Shown here: positions 58,636-64,000 of the stretch, one piece after another | Position numbering within the stretch: the first letter of the stretch is position 1 | Layout of the letters: each line of letters starts with the position of its first letter | Origin: Candidatus Portnoybacteria bacterium | GTDB lineage: Bacteria; Patescibacteriota; Minisyncoccia; Portnoybacterales; GWB1-42-6 | Length of the DNA: 64,000 bases | Direction: 5' to 3' | Assembly: GCA_028688325.1 (NCBI GenBank) | Contig: JAQTYI010000004.1 | Coordinates: 8,638 to 72,637 of the forward strand | Program-made: the position numbers and the translations under genes | The notes under the pieces: model-generated | The model's input: only the letters and a program-made list of their open reading frames with translations | What the model was told of the DNA's origin: nothing | The model's database searches: none

Positions 58636-59376
58636 ATGGCTTCGGGACCAAAAATAGCGGCCTTATACGGCCTGATTCCCAACCGTCTCGGTTTTTGCGG
58701 GCCGCAGCAGGAACTGCTTAAAAAATTCATCGTCGGCAAGTTGTCCATTCCGGAAATAATCCCGACATTGGAAAAGTTCGAAGCCGCCTACGAATATTAC
58801 CAGCTTATCGCGCGTAAAAATAAAATGCCAAGTCCCTTCAATAAAAAAGTGATTGAGGCCTACTGGCTGGGGAACAATCTTTTGGATAAAATTACCGCCA
58901 ATGACCTGCGGGCGCTAATAATGGAAAGATTTTGCAAACCAGGTCTTTTATCGAAAAAAGAAGCAAAAAAGCGGGCCGATATGATACCTGCTGATTCAAA
59001 ACCGCACCATAGTTTCCATGTATTGGTTCTGGGTTCAATAACGGGCAGCGTGGATTTTACCGGCAACACCAAACTAAAAGACACTTGCCGCGTGGGTTGG
59101 GGAAGGGCAATCAAACTAAAAACTAAAAACGAAAAACTAAAAACAGAAACCATTGTTGTCAAATACGACCCGTTGATTGGCAAAAATAATATAAAGTTTG
59201 GGCGACCAATTGAAAAAGAGCTCACTTGGGACAGAGAAATATTGCCATCGGTAGAAATCGGGGACCGGGTCTCATTCCACTGGAACCACGCAATGCAAAA
59301 GCTGAATGAAGAAAATATCATAAATTTGCACAAATATACGCAAAATACATTAGACACGCTTTATGCCAAAAACTAA
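58636..59376 (+). CDS. DUF6390-like hydrogenase-associated protein
   Basis: PNRLGFCGP, FE.A..Y..LIA, VIEAYWLGN.LL, PHHSFHV, CRVGWG, GD.VSFHW (recognised from memory). Confidence 0.72.
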   Translation: MASGPKIAALYGLIPNRLGFCGPQQELLKKFIVGKLSIPEIIPTLEKFEAAYEYYQLIARKNKMPSPFNKKVIEAYWLGNNLLDKITANDLRALIMERFCKPGLLSKKEAKKRADMIPADSKPHHSFHVLVLGSITGSVDFTGNTKLKDTCRVGWGRAIKLKTKNEKLKTETIVVKYDPLIGKNNIKFGRPIEKELTWDREILPSVEIGDRVSFHWNHAMQKLNEENIINLHKYTQNTLDTLYAKN

Positions 59377-60130
59377 ACCCACTATTGCCATAACTTCTTT
59401 AACCTGCTGCGAGGGTTGCCAGGTGGCCATTTTGGATCTGGGCGCCCGCTTCCTGGAGGTTGCCGAGCATGTTAAAGTTGGCGATTTTGCGCTGCTGGAA
59501 GACGCGCCGGACGCGCCAAATTACGATATTGTTTTTGTTGAAGGCGCGCCGATAACTGAAGAGAATATAGAGTGGCTGAAAAGATTGCGAGAGAAATCAA
59601 AAGTTCTGATAGCGCTTGGCGCCTGCGCGGCGCTGGGCGGCATCGCGGAAATAAAAAACTACCAGGATAAATTCGAGCGCATGCGCTATGTGTATAAGAA
59701 TTTTGAAGGCATCAATAATCCCGATATTAAGCCCATAAGCTATTATGTTAAAGTTGATTTTGAAATACCGGGCTGCCCCATAAATAAGGAAGAATTTCTG
59801 GCGGTTGTTAAACAGGTGCTGGCCGGGGTTCCGCCAAAAATTGCGCTCCGGCCGGTGTGTTATGAATGCCAGATGAAACAGAACAAGTGCCTTCTGCAGG
59901 AAGGCGAGCCATGCCTTGGTCCGTTAATGCTGGGAGGTTGCGGCGCGACATGTCCTTCAAGCGCTTACCCTTGCGACGGCTGCCGCGGGCCGATTCCCGG
60001 CGCCAATCCCGATAAACTAGAAAAACAATTATTGGCGCAGAATTACAGCCAGGAAGAAGTGGACCTGATATTGCAAAGATTCGGACTGGTGGATAGAGTG
60101 TATCCGGAGACACCGGCATCAACTAATTAA
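59363..60130 (+). CDS. NiFe hydrogenase small (delta) subunit
   Basis: TCCEGCQ, VEG, GACA..GG, IPGCP, VCYEC, CLGP...GCGATCP....CDGCRGP. Confidence 0.92.
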   Translation: MPKTKPTIAITSLTCCEGCQVAILDLGARFLEVAEHVKVGDFALLEDAPDAPNYDIVFVEGAPITEENIEWLKRLREKSKVLIALGACAALGGIAEIKNYQDKFERMRYVYKNFEGINNPDIKPISYYVKVDFEIPGCPINKEEFLAVVKQVLAGVPPKIALRPVCYECQMKQNKCLLQEGEPCLGPLMLGGCGATCPSSAYPCDGCRGPIPGANPDKLEKQLLAQNYSQEEVDLILQRFGLVDRVYPETPASTN

Positions 60131-60239
60131 AATTAAAATTGCAAGTCAAAATTTAAAGGTCTTAATTCACTTCCCCGAAGCGGGAATACCGAACTTTTGA
60201 CTTTTGCATTTTGAGTTTTGACTTTGAGCGAAGCGAAAT

Positions 60240-61562
60240 ATGCATATTAAAATTGACCATGTTGCCAAAATAGAAGGTCATGCCAGTTTTACCGCCGATA
60301 TCGTGGACGGCAATGTCCAGAAAGCGCGATTTGATGTTATGGAAGGCGCGCGCTTGCTGGAAGGAATTTTGTGTTCCCGCAGCATTTTTGAGGTTTCGCA
60401 AATTTCCGCCCGGATTTGCGGCGTCTGCCCGGTGGTGCACACATTAACCAGTATCAAAGCGCTGGAAAAGGCGTTGGATATAGAAATTTCGGAGCAAACA
60501 TTATTGCTGCGCAAACTTATGATGATGGGCCAGATCTTGAACAGCCACGCTTTGCATCTTTTCTTTTTTTCACTATCCGATTTTTTCGGCCTTGACAGCG
60601 ATCTGACGCTCATTAAAAAATATCCCGCCCGAGCCAACGATGCCTTGGCATTGCGGGAATTTGGCAATAACCTTATTGAAGTTATCGGCGGCCGCTCCAT
60701 CCACCCGCTAACGCCGACCATCGGCGGATTCCTGAAGGTTCCCGATAGGGCAAAATTGGGAAAACTGTTTGACCAATGCGATAATGCGCTGGAATCGGCA
60801 AAAAATCTGGCTAAATTATTTTCCGAGCTGAAATATCCCGATTTTATCCGCTCGGCGCCCTACGCCAGTTTGACCCATCCCAATGAATACGCTTTTTGCG
60901 AGGGCTTGGTCAAAACGCCCGTGGAAGAAAAAGCGGGCATAGATGAGTTTATGAATATCCTGAAAGAACACCAGCTGCAAAACAGCGCGGTCAAGGCATC
61001 ATATTACCAAGGCAAGCCCTTTATGGTTGGAGCTGCTTCCCGACTCAATAATAATTCCGGCCAGTTGAATCCGGAGGCAAAAAAAGCGTTGAATAAAACG
61101 AAAATAATTTTGCCCTCGTTCAATCCGTTCCACAATATTTTAGCGCAAGCCGTAGAAATGGTTCATTGCGTTGAAGAAGCGCAAAAACTGCTGCGCCAGA
61201 TCTTGCAAAAAGAATTAAAGAACGAAGATCGCTCTGAGCGAGATAAGCTCATCCAGACAAAATTGCAAGCCATCAAAGGCGCGGTCAAGGGCTATGGAGC
61301 CATTGAAGCGCCCCGCGGCACGCTTTATTATTTTTACGAGATAGACCGCAATGGCAAGGTGGTTAATTGCAACATTATCACGCCGACTTCCCAGAATCTG
61401 GCGCGCCTGGAAAAAGACCTGGAAGAATATCTGCCTAAACTTGCCGGTCAAGCGCCGCGCAATAAAAAAGACGCCAAAACGCCCATCCAAAAAGCCGTGG
61501 AAGACAAGATAAAAATGCTCATCAGAGCGTATGACCCGTGCTTAACTTGCGCCACTCATTAG
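60240..61562 (+). CDS. NiFe hydrogenase large (alpha) subunit, group 3b-like, ending at the L2 His
   Basis: KIEGH, L1 RICGVC..H, GGRSIHP, EAPRG, PT.QN, L2 RAYDPCLTCATH-stop. Confidence 0.94.
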   Translation: MHIKIDHVAKIEGHASFTADIVDGNVQKARFDVMEGARLLEGILCSRSIFEVSQISARICGVCPVVHTLTSIKALEKALDIEISEQTLLLRKLMMMGQILNSHALHLFFFSLSDFFGLDSDLTLIKKYPARANDALALREFGNNLIEVIGGRSIHPLTPTIGGFLKVPDRAKLGKLFDQCDNALESAKNLAKLFSELKYPDFIRSAPYASLTHPNEYAFCEGLVKTPVEEKAGIDEFMNILKEHQLQNSAVKASYYQGKPFMVGAASRLNNNSGQLNPEAKKALNKTKIILPSFNPFHNILAQAVEMVHCVEEAQKLLRQILQKELKNEDRSERDKLIQTKLQAIKGAVKGYGAIEAPRGTLYYFYEIDRNGKVVNCNIITPTSQNLARLEKDLEEYLPKLAGQAPRNKKDAKTPIQKAVEDKIKMLIRAYDPCLTCATH

Positions 61563-61631
61563 CCAATCGCTGATCGCCGGTCGCTAATCACTTGTACTCG
61601 ATTTGCGATAAGCGCTTTGCGATAAGCGATT

Positions 61632-61871
61632 ATGCATGATTTCCACCTCGCCAATCAAATAGTCCAAACCGCCAAGGACTACGCGGCCGCAAACAACCTT
61701 TCACAAATCAAAAAAATCGTGGTAGAATTGGGCGATATCGCCGAACATCAGGAAAACATCACGCTGGACAATCTGGCGTATAATATAAATTTGTTGATGC
61801 CAATAGAAAAAGTGGAAGTTAAAAAAGTTAAAGGAGATGAATGGAAATTAATAAGCATAGAAGGAAATTAA
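61632..61871 (+). CDS. hypA: Minimal HypA-like nickel chaperone with no zinc site
   Basis: MHDFHLA..I......I..I.VELG...L...I..L...G.E..L.SIE; no Cys. Confidence 0.7.
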   Translation: MHDFHLANQIVQTAKDYAAANNLSQIKKIVVELGDIAEHQENITLDNLAYNINLLMPIEKVEVKKVKGDEWKLISIEGN

Positions 61872-61875
61872 CATT

Positions 61876-62793
61876 ATGCACGATCTGATAATCATCGGCG
61901 CCGGGCCGGCCGGGCTTTCAGCGGCTATCTACGCGGCGCGAAAAAAAATGAATCTTTTGGTATTGGCCGATGACGACAGAGGACAGACCGCGGAGGCGCA
62001 CCAAGTCGAAAATTATCTCGGTATTCCGTCAATTTCCGGCAACGAACTTAACGATAAGTTCCGCGAGCACGCAAAAATCCTCGGCATTGAAATCGGCGAT
62101 GGGAATGATGTTGAAAAAATAACCGGCAACGGCAACTCTTTTGAAATTACCGCTGGCGGCAAAAGCTATTCCGCCAAATGCCTAATCGTTGCCACGGGTA
62201 AAAAATACAGGGAGCTTGATGTACCGGGCGCCAAGGAGTTTAAAGGAAAGGGCATAACCTATTGCGCCACCTGCGACGCGCCGATGTTTAAAAATAAGGC
62301 CGTGGCGGTGGTGGGCGCGGGCGACGCGGGACAAGACGCGGCCTGGCAATTGATCAAGTATGCCAATAAAATATATCTGTTGAACAAATACCCGGAATTG
62401 CGGGGCGATAATCGGCAAATGCAGGAGCAGCTGAAAACACATCCGCAAGTGGAAATATTCAATAATTGCGAGCCGATGGAAATTAAGGGAGAGGGTTTTG
62501 TCGAATCGCTAACAATCAAATGCAACGGCAACGGTCGCGAGCAAGAAATACCGGTTAACGGCATTTTTGTGGAAATCGGCTCGGTTCCGGCTTCAAAATT
62601 TCTGGCTGGCATGGTAGAATTGAACGACAAAGAAGAGATAGTTGTCGACCCGAAAACCAATATGTCTTCCCGCCCCGGCATTTTCGCCGCCGGCGATGTC
62701 ACAAATGTGCCGCACAAACAAATGATAATAGCAGCCGGGGAAGGAGCCAAAGCGGCATTGTCTGTATATGAATATCTTAAGCAATCTAAATAA
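61876..62793 (+). CDS. trxB: Thioredoxin reductase
   Basis: IIGAGPAGLSAAIY, VENYLG, YCATCDAP, GIFAAGD. Confidence 0.92.
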   Translation: MHDLIIIGAGPAGLSAAIYAARKKMNLLVLADDDRGQTAEAHQVENYLGIPSISGNELNDKFREHAKILGIEIGDGNDVEKITGNGNSFEITAGGKSYSAKCLIVATGKKYRELDVPGAKEFKGKGITYCATCDAPMFKNKAVAVVGAGDAGQDAAWQLIKYANKIYLLNKYPELRGDNRQMQEQLKTHPQVEIFNNCEPMEIKGEGFVESLTIKCNGNGREQEIPVNGIFVEIGSVPASKFLAGMVELNDKEEIVVDPKTNMSSRPGIFAAGDVTNVPHKQMIIAAGEGAKAALSVYEYLKQSK

Positions 62794-62841
62794 TTATAAG
62801 CCGTCATTTTTATGCTGCGTGCCGAGAAATTTATTTTTGGT

Positions 62842-62948
62842 CAATGACAAATTTCCAATGACCAATGACAAATAAAATCTCAAATTTCAATTTCGTATAA
62901 TTTGGATTTGGGGCTTGGACATTTATTGGTCATTTGGATTTGGTAATT
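62842..62948. repeat. Empty inverted heptamer-repeat shell
   Basis: caatgacaaatttccaatgaccaatgac ... ttggtcatttggatttgg. Confidence 0.75.
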
Positions 62949-62998
62949 AACCATTAAAAGATTAAATTCCTTGCTCGACTTTGAATGACTAAAAACAA

Positions 62999-63232
62999 GT
63001 GGTAAAAGTTTACAGTACCCCCACCTGTGCCTATTGCGTCACCTTAAAAAAATTCCTGACCGAGAAGGGAATCCAATTTGAAGCCGTGGATGTTTCGCAA
63101 GACGAAGCGGCGCTGAAAGAAATGGTTGCCAAATCCGGCCAAATGGGCGTGCCGGTGATCAACATCGACGGGCAGATCGTCGTGGGCTTTAATCGCAATA
63201 AAATTGTGGAACTTTTAAATATCAAAGAGTAA
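62999..63232 (+). CDS. Glutaredoxin/NrdH-like redoxin (CAYC)
   Basis: VYSTPTCAYC, KSGQMGVPVI; paralog of 32138-32380. Confidence 0.9.
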   Translation: MVKVYSTPTCAYCVTLKKFLTEKGIQFEAVDVSQDEAALKEMVAKSGQMGVPVINIDGQIVVGFNRNKIVELLNIKE

Positions 63233-63237
63233 ATTAG

Positions 63238-63416
63238 CTACGAATACGGATTTTTTACGAATATACGGATATTTTTCCCCTCTTTCGTAAAGAGGGGTTA
63301 GGGGAGATTTAAAAGCGCTTTATTTATCAAATAAAGCATTCTTAAATCCCTCCCAACCTCCCTTTAAAAAGGGAGGGGTATAAATCCGTATATCTGCAAA
63401 TAATCTATCATCCGTA
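63238..63416. repeat. TACGGAT/ATCCGTA shell with nested CCCCTC...GAGGGG palindromes
   Basis: Outer tacgaatacggat/atccgtag arms; inner cccctctttcgtaaagagggg and ccctcccaacctccctttaaaaagggagggg. Confidence 0.7.
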
Positions 63417-63424
63417 GAGATAAT

Positions 63425-63979
63425 ATGAACAAAAGTTTAATTATCCTTTTAGTCGTTGTTCTGCTTGTCGGCGGGTATTTTTGGTCGTTTTATAACGGCC
63501 TGGTCCAGCAAAGCCAGGCGATAGACGGCCAATGGGCGCAAGTGGAAAACCAATTCCAGCGCCGTTTTGATTTAATACCCAATTTGGTCTCTTCCGTGCA
63601 GGGCGCAATGAAGCAGGAGCAAAAAGTTTTCGGCGATCTGGCCGACGCCCGCACCAAATACAGCGGCGCGCAGACAACCAGCGAGAAAGCGGCGGCAGCC
63701 GGACAAGTGGAAAGCGCGCTCTCGCGTCTTTTGGTCATAATGGAAAATTATCCGCAATTAAAATCGATCGAAGCGGTGCAAACCCTAATGGTTCAGCTGG
63801 AAGGCACGGAAAATCGCGTGGCGGTGGAACGCGGCCGGTTCAATGAATTAACCCTCGTTTACAATACCCGCGTGACCCAGCTTCCGGGCAAGTTCCTGGC
63901 ACCAATGTTTGGCTTCTCGGCCAAACCGTATTTTGAAGCGGCTGCCGGCTCGGAAACCGCGCCCAAAGTAAATTTCTAA
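63425..63979 (+). CDS. lemA: LemA family protein
   Basis: YNGLV, W..V..Q.QRR.DLIPNLV, ENYPQLK, LEGTENRV...R..FN. Confidence 0.95.
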   Translation: MNKSLIILLVVVLLVGGYFWSFYNGLVQQSQAIDGQWAQVENQFQRRFDLIPNLVSSVQGAMKQEQKVFGDLADARTKYSGAQTTSEKAAAAGQVESALSRLLVIMENYPQLKSIEAVQTLMVQLEGTENRVAVERGRFNELTLVYNTRVTQLPGKFLAPMFGFSAKPYFEAAAGSETAPKVNF

Positions 63980-64000
63980 AAATAAAATTGTCATCCTGAG

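Overview
A 64-kb bacterial chromosomal segment that looks like Patescibacteria/CPR (Parcubacteria-type): standard code with TGA as stop, mostly SD-less A-rich starts, and typical CPR gene content. Core genes include rpsF, ychF, phosphomannomutase, rnj, PGI/PMI, a peptide-binding protein, secG, uvrC, uvrA, groES/EL, dnaG, rpoD, obgE, malic enzyme, uppP, trxB and lemA. There are three tRNAs (Leu-CAG, Ser-GGA, Asn-GTT). Accessory blocks include a PabI-family restriction-glycosylase R-M pair, arsM/arsR, a MacAB-like exporter, a sortase/surface-protein cluster, a copper cluster and a group 3b-like NiFe hydrogenase operon with an odd minimal maturation set. The most striking unexplained structure is a set of small selfish-looking elements. 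(i) tRNA-Ser is sandwiched between two GIY-YIG nuclease genes, and the outer ends of the unit are duplicated, hairpin-interrupted tRNA 5' and 3' (CCA) ends; an ORF-less version sits at tRNA-Asn. (ii) A four-helix-bundle gene is enclosed by inverted heptamer-repeat arms, and several empty shells occur elsewhere. (iii) Several palindromic repeat families nest in each other and insert in frame into uvrA, uvrC, dnaG, uppP, copA and hydrogenase genes. All family assignments come from motif recognition by eye; no database searches were run.
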